From NCBI GenBank assembly GCA_004524365.1, contig SDNL01000003.1, positions 1 through 39,263 of the forward strand: a stretch of 39,263 nt of DNA, given 5' to 3'. Numbering within the stretch: position 1 is the first letter of the stretch; each line of letters opens with the position of its first letter. Below the pieces are notes generated by a model. That model made no database searches. It saw only the letters and a program-made list of their open reading frames with translations, and was not told where the DNA came from. The DNA is from Promethearchaeota archaeon (lineage in GTDB: Archaea; Asgardarchaeota; Lokiarchaeia; Sigyniarchaeales; SOKP01). The translations under genes were made by a program, and so were the position numbers. Positions 18,198-27,105 of this stretch are shown piece after piece.

Positions 18198-19903
18198 GAA
18201 TGAAAGTAAACAAAAAGGATTTCGTACTTGCGTTACTTATAACTAGTATTATTGCTAGCTTTTTTACTGTTGGATGCTTATGCAATTCATACAATTCTAT
18301 AAATTTAAAAAAAAATCCTGAAAAGAATGATTTTTCTGAAATCTTAATTGCAAATGGTAACAATGCCATTGCTACTGAAGATATATATCTTAATGACACA
18401 GAAGTTATTTCCTTATTTGAATCAATTAAAATAGATTTAAATACTTCTGAATATAATTCAAAGAATTATACAACAATTCAATTCAAGTATTCCGATGGAA
18501 CAGAATTTATTAAAAATATGAGTCATGTTTCGACCGGCGATGGAAATAATTTTACATATACTTATACCCCATCTTATAATATTCCAACTGGTATGCACCG
18601 TATTTTTTTCCAAATATACGCTGAAAATGGTACTTTATTAAATGCTAATGAAACCGAAACTACCTTTATGGTAATATCTAACTATTATGCAGCATCATTT
18701 GTAATTGAGGAAATTTATCTCGATGATACTTTGGATGTTGCGCTGACCATTAAAGATGTTGGAGGATACAGTTTTAATTATAATGTCTCAATTGTTGACT
18801 CAACTAATGAATCAGCCCAAACAGATTTAATTTTTATTGGTAATAATATCAACTGGTTCAATAGAACTATAGAGGAATCCAAGTTTAATGAAGTTAACTC
18901 GTTTTACTATATAAAAGTGAATCTCACAGATGTATCTACTGAAAAAGTGCGAGCAACATATTTCCCTTTTAAATTATTAAACAATAAACCAGAGATAATT
19001 GAAAATACGATTAATATCCCTACAGAAATCTATAGATCTAATACTAATAATGGTTTTGTATCCTTAAATATTTCTGATGTTGAAACTGATCCACAGAATC
19101 TTACTGTGTCTATGGTTTTTACAGAAAAGTTTGGAGAACAAGTTGGAATCCCCAAGATTTTAAATCGAGAAAGTTATAACAACTTCTCTACAGCATTTCA
19201 TATAGGAACAAGCAATCCAATAGGAACTTATTATGTGAACATAACTGCAATGGATTTAAATAGTGGGTCTAGCTCATATATTACTACTCTTCAGGTAAAA
19301 AATAATCCTCCTGAAATAAATAGTTATAAAATAAATGGTCAAGAAAGAACCGAGAGTATCTCTGTAAACTATGGCGACGATTTAAGTTTTATTTTTAATA
19401 TAACCGATAAAGATAGCAATATTGAATTTGTTACTGTTTCCTTATTTGGAGATAATGGACAATGGTTCAATATAACAAGAGATTACAAAGAAGATATGAT
19501 AATATCTGTGAGTTCTTATGATTTAGTTCAAGGGAGTTGGTATGTGTATATCTCTGTGTTAGATTCAGATGGGGCGCGTACAAGCTTGACTTCAGATTAT
19601 GGTTTAGCACCACAACAAATCCAAATTATTCCCGATGTTCTAAGCGATATTCTACCTTGGATTTCTTTAGTGATTGGAGTGATTATAGGCTTGATTGTTG
19701 GAACTGGACTAGCATACAAACTGCTCAAAATGAGGACGGAGAAGGATTTAAAACCTAAAAAGAAAACAAAAGCTAAAAAGAAAGAGGAAAAAACTCCGAA
19801 AAAACAACCTCCAAAAGAAAAAGAACCAAAAGAAGAAAAAGTAGAAGAAGAAAAAAAAGAAAAAGTAAAACCATCGAAACGCAAAATTAAACGTGGGTTT
19901 TAA
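18194..19903 (+). CDS. Type I membrane surface protein with Ig/cadherin-like beta repeats and Lys/Glu-rich cytoplasmic tail
   Basis: Signal peptide; NNKPEI and NNPPEI repeat starts; C-terminal TM (ILPWISLVIGVIIGLIVGTGLAY); low-complexity K/E/P tail. ATGA overlap with the upstream gene. Confidence 0.72.
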   Translation: MRMKVNKKDFVLALLITSIIASFFTVGCLCNSYNSINLKKNPEKNDFSEILIANGNNAIATEDIYLNDTEVISLFESIKIDLNTSEYNSKNYTTIQFKYSDGTEFIKNMSHVSTGDGNNFTYTYTPSYNIPTGMHRIFFQIYAENGTLLNANETETTFMVISNYYAASFVIEEIYLDDTLDVALTIKDVGGYSFNYNVSIVDSTNESAQTDLIFIGNNINWFNRTIEESKFNEVNSFYYIKVNLTDVSTEKVRATYFPFKLLNNKPEIIENTINIPTEIYRSNTNNGFVSLNISDVETDPQNLTVSMVFTEKFGEQVGIPKILNRESYNNFSTAFHIGTSNPIGTYYVNITAMDLNSGSSSYITTLQVKNNPPEINSYKINGQERTESISVNYGDDLSFIFNITDKDSNIEFVTVSLFGDNGQWFNITRDYKEDMIISVSSYDLVQGSWYVYISVLDSDGARTSLTSDYGLAPQQIQIIPDVLSDILPWISLVIGVIIGLIVGTGLAYKLLKMRTEKDLKPKKKTKAKKKEEKTPKKQPPKEKEPKEEKVEEEKKEKVKPSKRKIKRGF

Positions 19904-20005
19904 TTGAGATAAAGATTCAAAGATATAATCCAATTTTTTAGAATTTCTATTTTTTTAATTCTTTTCACTTCTTTAAAATTTTAAATGGTTTGAATTTTTT
20001 TAATC

Positions 20006-20830
20006 CTAATATTCTATATCTTCCCATTTCAATCCATGTTTCCTTCCAATATTAAAGAGACCCCCATCAATTGGAATACAACTCCCTGTGATATAATCTG
20101 AGGAGGGGGAGGAGAGAAATATCACCAAATCGACAACATCTTGGACAGTACCAATTCTTTGTAATGGAATTTTTATTTTTCCATATCTCATAGTCACTCT
20201 CATTGTTTCTTCATCGTTTAAATAGATACCTGTAACATGAAACCCCGGCGCAATAGAATTAACCGAAATATTCGGGGCTAAGCTTTTTGCTAATAAGATA
20301 GTAAGCGAGTTAATTGCTGCTTTTGTAATACTATACGTGGGAAGATTTGGATCTAAAATTAAACCTGCTGTTGAAGATGTATTAATGATTTTCCCAGATA
20401 GATCCTCGCCTTCGAATTTTTGGGATTTCATTATACGCCAAAATGCTTTGGCAACTAACCATTGACCTTTAAGATTAATATCCATAATTCTGTCCCAATC
20501 CTTTTCCTTTACCCGACAAATATTTTTGCCGTAAGCCACACCTATCCCTGCATTGTTAAACAGAATATAAACATTTGGAAGTTCTTTTTGGGCTTTTTTA
20601 GCCATAGATTTAACTTGGTCTGATTTTGAAACATCGCATAAAATTGGAATTACATTCGTTCCTGTTTTTTCTCTAACTTTCTCTGCCGTTTCATCTAATA
20701 ACTCTTTATTAAAATCAACTAAAACTATCTCTGCGCCTCTTTCTGCTAAAGCAAAAGCAGCTCCCCTCCCAAATCCGGATGCTCCACCTGTTATAACTAC
20801 TCCCTTATTTTCTAAAAATGATTCTTTCAT
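20006..20830 (-). CDS. SDR family NAD(P)-dependent oxidoreductase (FabG-like)
   Basis: TGGASGFG, NNAG, YSITK (YxxxK), VNSIAPG and YITG..IDGG motifs. Confidence 0.93.
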   Translation of the reverse strand: MKESFLENKGVVITGGASGFGRGAAFALAERGAEIVLVDFNKELLDETAEKVREKTGTNVIPILCDVSKSDQVKSMAKKAQKELPNVYILFNNAGIGVAYGKNICRVKEKDWDRIMDINLKGQWLVAKAFWRIMKSQKFEGEDLSGKIINTSSTAGLILDPNLPTYSITKAAINSLTILLAKSLAPNISVNSIAPGFHVTGIYLNDEETMRVTMRYGKIKIPLQRIGTVQDVVDLVIFLSSPSSDYITGSCIPIDGGLFNIGRKHGLKWEDIEY

Positions 20831-21113
20831 ATTTATGTTTTTACCATATTATATATTTTTATCATAAAAAAAGCAAGCTTACTATTTATATAATTTTTTT
20901 CGATTAAATCTTTTTATTAATTACTAATATTGGAATAAAATGGTATTAGGAATTTCAAAATTATACAATAACAATTAAAGAGGCTAAATATATGATTTAA
21001 CCCAATTTTATTAAGTAAAACTGAAAATAAGATTTTTTATATATTTAACAATGAAAAAATTTAGCAAAAAATAAAAAAATAAAAGATAATTTCATTTAGA
21101 ATTAAATTAATTT

Positions 21114-22016
21114 TTAAAGTAATTCGTGAAGATTATATTGATATTTACCCAATTTGCCACCGTAATTTCCTGCAGAAATACGAGTTATTCCAGGAATCTC
21201 TATAGCTGCTTCAATTCCCTGTTTAATAGCGGATTTAACAGCCTTTTCCGTTGCACCGTCTAAAATAACCTCATATACGCAATTTTCCCCTTCTTTTAAT
21301 AAAGAGTTGTCTATTTTATCTTTCAGTGTAGGACAAAGTGGATCATTAGTAGAAGCCCCTAAAAAGTCATACTTGGAGCCTACTTTTGAGCCAGAGCGGG
21401 CAATCCCTCCAGGAAACGGCGCTATAACATTAGGTACATCTTTAATAGCTTCAACAGCTTTACTGGCGGCCTTTAAGGTTGCAGTTTGGTTCTCTCCCAT
21501 TATTAAAAAGTTTCCACCTGCAATTCCCTTGCCCACCTTAAATTTACTTTCAACGATAAATTCTCCGTCCATAACTGGAATTTTCCATCCTTCTACGGGT
21601 TCATCAATTTTTTCTTCGAATTTGTCCCCAAAAAATTTCAGTTTATATCCGGTTTTTACCTCAAATTCTTTTTCAGGGTTTAGGGAAGTCTCCAGTCCAT
21701 CAAAACAAGCTGTTGTGGGGCATGTGAGAATACACTGTCCGATTCGACTAAGCAACACTTGATCGACTTTCTTTTTATCGCCTACAAAAAACATTAATGC
21801 AGCTCCAACACGTCCATCCGGTGTTTGATCGGGAGATATATATACATCTCTTGCTGCTTCTGAATCACAATGAATCGTAGATGTACCATACCCAGTTGCT
21901 TCTTGAGCACAGATATCTAACCAATTCTTATCTTCTGCTGTGACAATAACTCGAGCAAAATAATTACCAAACGCCTCACAATAAGTATCTTCAATAGTTA
22001 CTCCATTCTTTTCCAT
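21114..22016 (-). CDS. ftr: Formylmethanofuran--tetrahydromethanopterin N-formyltransferase
   Basis: NGVTIEDTYCEAF, TPDGRVG, RIGQCILTCPTTACF, PFPGGIARSGSKVGSKY, ISAGNYGGKLG. Alternative GTG start at 22028. Confidence 0.96.
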   Translation of the reverse strand: MEKNGVTIEDTYCEAFGNYFARVIVTAEDKNWLDICAQEATGYGTSTIHCDSEAARDVYISPDQTPDGRVGAALMFFVGDKKKVDQVLLSRIGQCILTCPTTACFDGLETSLNPEKEFEVKTGYKLKFFGDKFEEKIDEPVEGWKIPVMDGEFIVESKFKVGKGIAGGNFLIMGENQTATLKAASKAVEAIKDVPNVIAPFPGGIARSGSKVGSKYDFLGASTNDPLCPTLKDKIDNSLLKEGENCVYEVILDGATEKAVKSAIKQGIEAAIEIPGITRISAGNYGGKLGKYQYNLHELL

Positions 22017-22450
22017 ATTTTTTTTCACCGTAATATAATTTACATAATTATAATTATCAATTCTTTAAAAAATATATTTAGAGATTATTATTTTTGAAGT
22101 GATGACCGATGCTAAATATCTGGACATTTGGCAACATCCCAAATCTCCTTTTGAGGGATCTTCCCATCTCTTAAGTAAAATCGGCTATTAGCCAAATTAA
22201 AAAGGATTAATGTAATATCTGGAGGTAACTTGTATTCTCTTATTTTTTCTGCAAAATTATAACGTCATATTTGTATTTCAAAATATTTAATCGTTATTTA
22301 GGGGCAAATATTTATTCATATTTGGTTTCTTCAATAAAAGTTCCACTAAAATAGATGATTGGATTCAAAATTAAAAAAATTCTAAAATTATAAAAAAAAT
22401 TCATAATTATTTACTTTAAATTTAATAAACTAATCTTAAGTTGATAAAAA

Positions 22451-23293
22451 ATGAGTGATTTACTTAAAATTGGTGTCTTGAAGAACGGCACAATTGGAAG
22501 TTCTTTACTGCTTTCTTTCTTGATCGATGAGCGAGCAGAAGGAGAAAAATTAGAATTTCGTGAAGTTACATCTGGACCCAAAATGCATCCTGCTGAATAT
22601 TGCGTTGAGACGATGAAAGAACTTTTAGAGTATGAGCCTGATTTAATTCTTATGAGCTCTCCAAATGCCGCTTTGGGCGGACCAAAAAAAGCAAGAGAAT
22701 TAGCAGGAGACATTCCAACAATTGTGATCTCGGACGCTCCAACCAAGAAAGCGAAAGATGAAATTAAAGAAAAAGGAATGGGCTATATAATAGTAAACTG
22801 TGATTCAATGATAGGAGCACGTAGACCCTTCCTCGACCCAGTCGAAATGAGTTTTTTCAATTCAAACTTGCTAAAAGTGTTAGCTGGTACGGGAGCATTG
22901 AAGTTAATGATGGAAGAGATTAACAAAGTTATTATGGACTTATTGGAAGGTAAAACTCCCACACTTCCTCAAATAACGATTAAGGCAGATAATGCAACCG
23001 AGAGAGCTGAATTTTCTAATCCTTACGCACGAGCCAAAGCAATAGCCGCTTTTGAGATCGCCGAAAAAGTTTCCCAGATTACTGGAAAGGCTTGTTTTGT
23101 TATGAAAGAGCGGGAGAATTATATGCCTCAACTAGCAGCAGCTCATGAAATGATGAGAGAGGCAGCTGAATTAGTACAAGTAGCAAGAGAGATTGAAAAA
23201 TCCAATAATACTGTAGTTAGAGTGCCACATCACAAGAACCAGTACCTTCTAAAGAAGACTAAATTAATAGAAAAAGAAGAACCAATTAAATAA
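22451..23293 (+). CDS. mtd: F420-dependent methylenetetrahydromethanopterin dehydrogenase
   Basis: KNGTIGSS, DERA, SGPKM, SPNAALGGP, DSMIGARRPFLDPVEM, FSNPYARAKA, AAAHEMMR. Confidence 0.95.
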   Translation: MSDLLKIGVLKNGTIGSSLLLSFLIDERAEGEKLEFREVTSGPKMHPAEYCVETMKELLEYEPDLILMSSPNAALGGPKKARELAGDIPTIVISDAPTKKAKDEIKEKGMGYIIVNCDSMIGARRPFLDPVEMSFFNSNLLKVLAGTGALKLMMEEINKVIMDLLEGKTPTLPQITIKADNATERAEFSNPYARAKAIAAFEIAEKVSQITGKACFVMKERENYMPQLAAAHEMMREAAELVQVAREIEKSNNTVVRVPHHKNQYLLKKTKLIEKEEPIK

Positions 23294-23304
23294 ACAAGAG
23301 AATT

Positions 23305-23362
23305 TTTAAAAATTCTTTACTTTTTATCTTTTACTTTTTTATCTTTTTTCATTTTACTCATC
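23305..23362. terminator. T-rich tract between convergent mtd and GTPase genes (probable archaeal oligo-T terminator)
   Basis: Repeated TTTACTTTTT(T)ATCTTTT immediately downstream of mtd. Confidence 0.4.
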
Positions 23363-24331
23363 TTACATCGAAAAATGAAATTCTCCATTAGTAAAAATTT
23401 TCTCCAATTCTTTAAATTCAGTACTATTAAAGACTTTCATGACATCAAAATAAACTTCCTCCTTTTTATTATCAGTAGCTGCCATGATGACCGCTTCATT
23501 GACTAACTCTTTAATGATAATATAAGAATTTTCACTCTCATACACTATAATTGATAATTGTAAGGGAGTTACGTCACAACTTTTCTTTAAATCCATCACT
23601 TTTCTATAGATTTGATAAATGTTAAGATCTAATGAAGAAAGTTCGAGTTTCATAAACTCTAATGGTTCCGATTGGAATTTACCTAGGGTGGATGTTATGA
23701 GTAAACCATCAGGTCGATTAAAGAGGAAATAGTCTGCTAATGTGCTTCTCTTCAATTTATCCATTATATGACGTATTTTTCCCAGTCGCTGGAGTGCTAA
23801 AGTCGATTTCTGAATTTCAGTATCCAATATTTCGATTAAACGATGTTGGGCAGTTCCTTGTTTGACAGATACGGGAGTTACTTCAAGTTTTTCCTCAACC
23901 TCTTCTCCTACTCCATCCAATAATAATTTTAGTATTTCATCTTCTTTTGAATCATGCAAATCAATTTTATTTAGTAATACATAAACATTTTCTATATGTG
24001 GACTATATTGAAATATATACGATACAAATTTCGCAAATACTTCTTGTATTTCGGGTTCAGGAGCTGAAGCATCTACCATAAATACCGGAGTTGTGACTTC
24101 AGAGAAGACAAAATCTCGCTTCGTATCGGAAAAATAGTCTTTTAAATATCTTTCTTGGCCTCCCGCATCCCAAACATTAATTTCCATAAGCCCTCTGAAG
24201 ATAAAATTCTCACGGGAAATACCTTTCGTCGGCGGGAGGTTTGCAACTTTCATAAAATTATAGCCTTGACATGCTGTACGCATAAGAGAAGTTTTTCCCG
24301 CCCCTGCAGGCCCGAATAGTAGCACTTTCAT
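23363..24331 (-). CDS. Rag/Gtr1-like small GTPase with C-terminal roadblock/longin-like domain
   Basis: G1 GPAGAGKTS, G2 PTKG, G3 WDAGGQ, G4 NKID, G5 VSVK. The roughly 140 aa C-domain has the FLFNRPDGLLITS roadblock-like pattern. Confidence 0.82.
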   Translation of the reverse strand: MKVLLFGPAGAGKTSLMRTACQGYNFMKVANLPPTKGISRENFIFRGLMEINVWDAGGQERYLKDYFSDTKRDFVFSEVTTPVFMVDASAPEPEIQEVFAKFVSYIFQYSPHIENVYVLLNKIDLHDSKEDEILKLLLDGVGEEVEEKLEVTPVSVKQGTAQHRLIEILDTEIQKSTLALQRLGKIRHIMDKLKRSTLADYFLFNRPDGLLITSTLGKFQSEPLEFMKLELSSLDLNIYQIYRKVMDLKKSCDVTPLQLSIIVYESENSYIIIKELVNEAVIMAATDNKKEEVYFDVMKVFNSTEFKELEKIFTNGEFHFSM

Positions 24332-24570
24332 AATTTTTCTTTCACTTATGTGTTATTATTGTTGTAACAAATTTAGATCTTATAAATCAATCTTTTTATA
24401 AAAAAAAATTCCCAAATAAATATTTGTTTTTTCTATTTTTCTAAAGGAATTCTCTATTAATAAATCTAATAAATTTTAAGTTATTAAAATTTTAGGTTGA
24501 AAAACATTTATAGAATTTTCTACATTAATTCTAAGTAAAATAAAAATAAAACTAAAATATTTGGATAATT

Positions 24571-25101
24571 ATGGTTAAATTAATCGATTTTATTCGAAAT
24601 GTCCCTGATTTTCCCGTGAAGGGCGTACAATTTAAGGATATTACCACGCTTTGTTTAGAACCCATCGCATTTAAAGATGCTATTGATAGAATAGTGGAAG
24701 AATATAAAGATAAAGGTATAGATAAGGTTGCTGCAATAGAAGCACGAGGTTATGTATTTGGTTCTGCGATTGCATATTTATTAGACGCCGGGTTTATTTT
24801 AATTCGAAAACCAGGTAAGTTACCATATGATAAACATTGTGAAGAATACGAATTAGAATATGGAACGGATTCCATCGAGATGCATGTCGATGCGGTAAAA
24901 GAAGGGGAGAAGGTTCTATTATTTGACGATCTTTTGGCTACTGGTGGCACGGCTAAAGCAGCCATTAAATTAATAGAAAAGGCAGGAGGAGTGGTTGAAG
25001 GTTTTGCGTTCGTTATTGAACTAACAGGAAGTCTTCATGGAAGAGACTTATTGGACGGATACGAAGTCTTCTCTCTCTTGGAAATTCCTGTCGAGGAATA
25101 A
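24571..25101 (+). CDS. apt: Adenine phosphoribosyltransferase
   Basis: IRNVPDFPVKGVQFKDIT, IEARGY, IRKPGKLP, YELEYG, LFDDLLATGGT. Confidence 0.97.
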   Translation: MVKLIDFIRNVPDFPVKGVQFKDITTLCLEPIAFKDAIDRIVEEYKDKGIDKVAAIEARGYVFGSAIAYLLDAGFILIRKPGKLPYDKHCEEYELEYGTDSIEMHVDAVKEGEKVLLFDDLLATGGTAKAAIKLIEKAGGVVEGFAFVIELTGSLHGRDLLDGYEVFSLLEIPVEE

Positions 25102-25182
25102 GTGATTATTAGGTTTTAACATAAAATAAATTAAACTGGAGCAAATAAAAAACTAAAGTAAGAAACGTAGTTGATAAATAAA

Positions 25183-25932
25183 ATGGTTAAAATAGGTATT
25201 ATTGGTGGCTCTGGATTGGATAATCCAGAAATTTTAAAGGAGGCTACAGAAATAGAAGTTGAAACACCCTATGGAGAACCAACCTCTTCATTAAAAATGG
25301 GGAAAATTTCAGGTGTTGATGTAGTGATTTTAGCTAGGCATGGAAGGCAACACACTATACCTCCGACACAAGTAAATTATAGGGCTAATATTCATGCCTT
25401 AAAGGAACAAGGATGTACTCATATACTTGCAACTACAGCATGTGGAAGTTTAAGAGAAGAAATTGATAGGGGGCACTTTGTAATACTCGATCAATTTATT
25501 GATTTCACCAGACTCAGAAAGGTATCATTCTACGAGGAATTCCCTCCTGGTGATGCTAAACATACTCCTATGGCATATCCTTATTCAGAAGAGCTCAGAG
25601 ATTTATTAATTGAAACCGCAGAGGAACTTGATCTGGATTATCATAAAACGGGTACTGTAGTTACGATTGAAGGACCCCGGTTTTCAACAAAAGCGGAATC
25701 GGAAATGTTTAGAATATGGGGTGCTGATGTAATTAATATGAGTATCGCACCAGAAACTATCCTAGCAAATGAAGCAGGAATTCCATATGGAGCAGTTGCG
25801 ATGTCAACAGATTATGATTGTTGGAAAGAAGATGAGGAACCTGTAACATGGGCAGAAATCGAGAAAATTTTTGGTGAAAATGTGAATAATGTGATTGAGT
25901 TATTAATCAAAACAATTGAGAAGATTAATTAA
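25183..25932 (+). CDS. mtnP: S-methyl-5'-thioadenosine phosphorylase (copy 1, resembling eukaryotic MTAP)
   Basis: KIGIIGGSGLDNPEIL, LARHGRQHTIPP, VTIEGPRFSTKAES, GADVINMS, TDYDCW. Confidence 0.93.
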   Translation: MVKIGIIGGSGLDNPEILKEATEIEVETPYGEPTSSLKMGKISGVDVVILARHGRQHTIPPTQVNYRANIHALKEQGCTHILATTACGSLREEIDRGHFVILDQFIDFTRLRKVSFYEEFPPGDAKHTPMAYPYSEELRDLLIETAEELDLDYHKTGTVVTIEGPRFSTKAESEMFRIWGADVINMSIAPETILANEAGIPYGAVAMSTDYDCWKEDEEPVTWAEIEKIFGENVNNVIELLIKTIEKIN

Positions 25933-26031
25933 TCTATCTCTAAATTCCATTATCTTTATAATTTTTTTATTTTTTTTTGAAAATAATTGGAACTCTTTAA
26001 ATATAATAGAAAAGAAAATTAAATTTTTAAA

Positions 26032-26904
26032 TTAAAGAAGAGAGCCCTTAAGGGAATGATGGCATTCGCAATCCCTTTCTGTATCAATTTTAGGAATCGT
26101 TATTTCAAGAATTTTTTGAAGATTTTTTGCGTTTTCTTCCATTGTTTCTAAGACTTCATCCACATCTACAGCAACTTTTTTTACAGATCTTCCGCAATTT
26201 TCACAAGCTTCAGCAAATTCAACAATTCCACAATTTTCACAATATCCCGCCCAAACATCTAAATCGGATATGGTAGCTATGCAGCAATAACATATTTGCT
26301 TTTCTGCGGCGAGAACGACTTCGGGATATGTAGTCATTCCTATTATATCACCGCCCCACTTCCGGAACATAAGAGATTCCGATCGAGTAGAAAACCGGGG
26401 TCCTTCAATACAAACATAAGTTCCACCTTTCTGGATATTGAGTCCATTAATATTCCTTCCTGCTTCATAAAGTAAGTTATTTAAATAAGAGCAATAGGGA
26501 TCCTCTTGAGATATATGGCAAACTTGTCCCCCTTCGTAAAAGGTATCAATACGTTTCTTGGTTCTATCAATATATTGATCAACGAGGATGAATTTCCCTT
26601 TTTCATGCTCTTTTCGTAAGGATCCTACAGCAGAGGGGGAAATTATACATCTAACACCTAATTCACTCAATGCCCATACATTAGCACGGAAGTTTAATTT
26701 ATGGGGCGGAATGACGTGTCCTTTCCCGTGTCGAGGAATAAATGCAACTTTTTTACCTTTAAAATCTCCTATTCGGATATTATCAGAGGTTTGTCCATAA
26801 GGTGTGTAAACTTTTATTATTTCTTCGTTTTCAATCTCAATATTTGCCCCTGTCCCCCCAATAATTCCTATTTTAGCCTTATGTTCATTTTTTTTAAGTT
26901 TCAT
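26032..26904 (-). CDS. mtnP: S-methyl-5'-thioadenosine/purine nucleoside phosphorylase (copy 2) with Zn-ribbon-like insertion
   Basis: IGIIGGTG, PRHGKGH, CIEGPRFSTRSES and SDLDVW, followed by CENC-x8-CENC; C-terminal CEC. Confidence 0.9.
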   Translation of the reverse strand: MKLKKNEHKAKIGIIGGTGANIEIENEEIIKVYTPYGQTSDNIRIGDFKGKKVAFIPRHGKGHVIPPHKLNFRANVWALSELGVRCIISPSAVGSLRKEHEKGKFILVDQYIDRTKKRIDTFYEGGQVCHISQEDPYCSYLNNLLYEAGRNINGLNIQKGGTYVCIEGPRFSTRSESLMFRKWGGDIIGMTTYPEVVLAAEKQICYCCIATISDLDVWAGYCENCGIVEFAEACENCGRSVKKVAVDVDEVLETMEENAKNLQKILEITIPKIDTERDCECHHSLKGSLL

Positions 26905-27105
26905 TATATATCATTTTTCCCAATAATTACGTGCTTTTAGTTGTTTTTATTAAAGAATAGAATTTTTTATAATTTTCCCCTTTTCTATGATAAATTATTT
27001 TTGTACGATTAAAGAAATAATAAATGTAATTCAAAAAGTTCTTTTTGTTAAATTCATTAAATTATTTGAATTACATTTTAGCAAATTTTCAAGAGGGAAA
27101 AGGAA

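Noticed and set aside
19597-19933. Phe/Ser-rich minus-strand ORFs
   Set aside because: They are simply the reverse complement of the A-rich Lys/Glu tail of 18194-19903.
22099-22170. GTGATGA box C-like motif suggesting a C/D sRNA
   Set aside because: There is no CTGA box D at a suitable distance.
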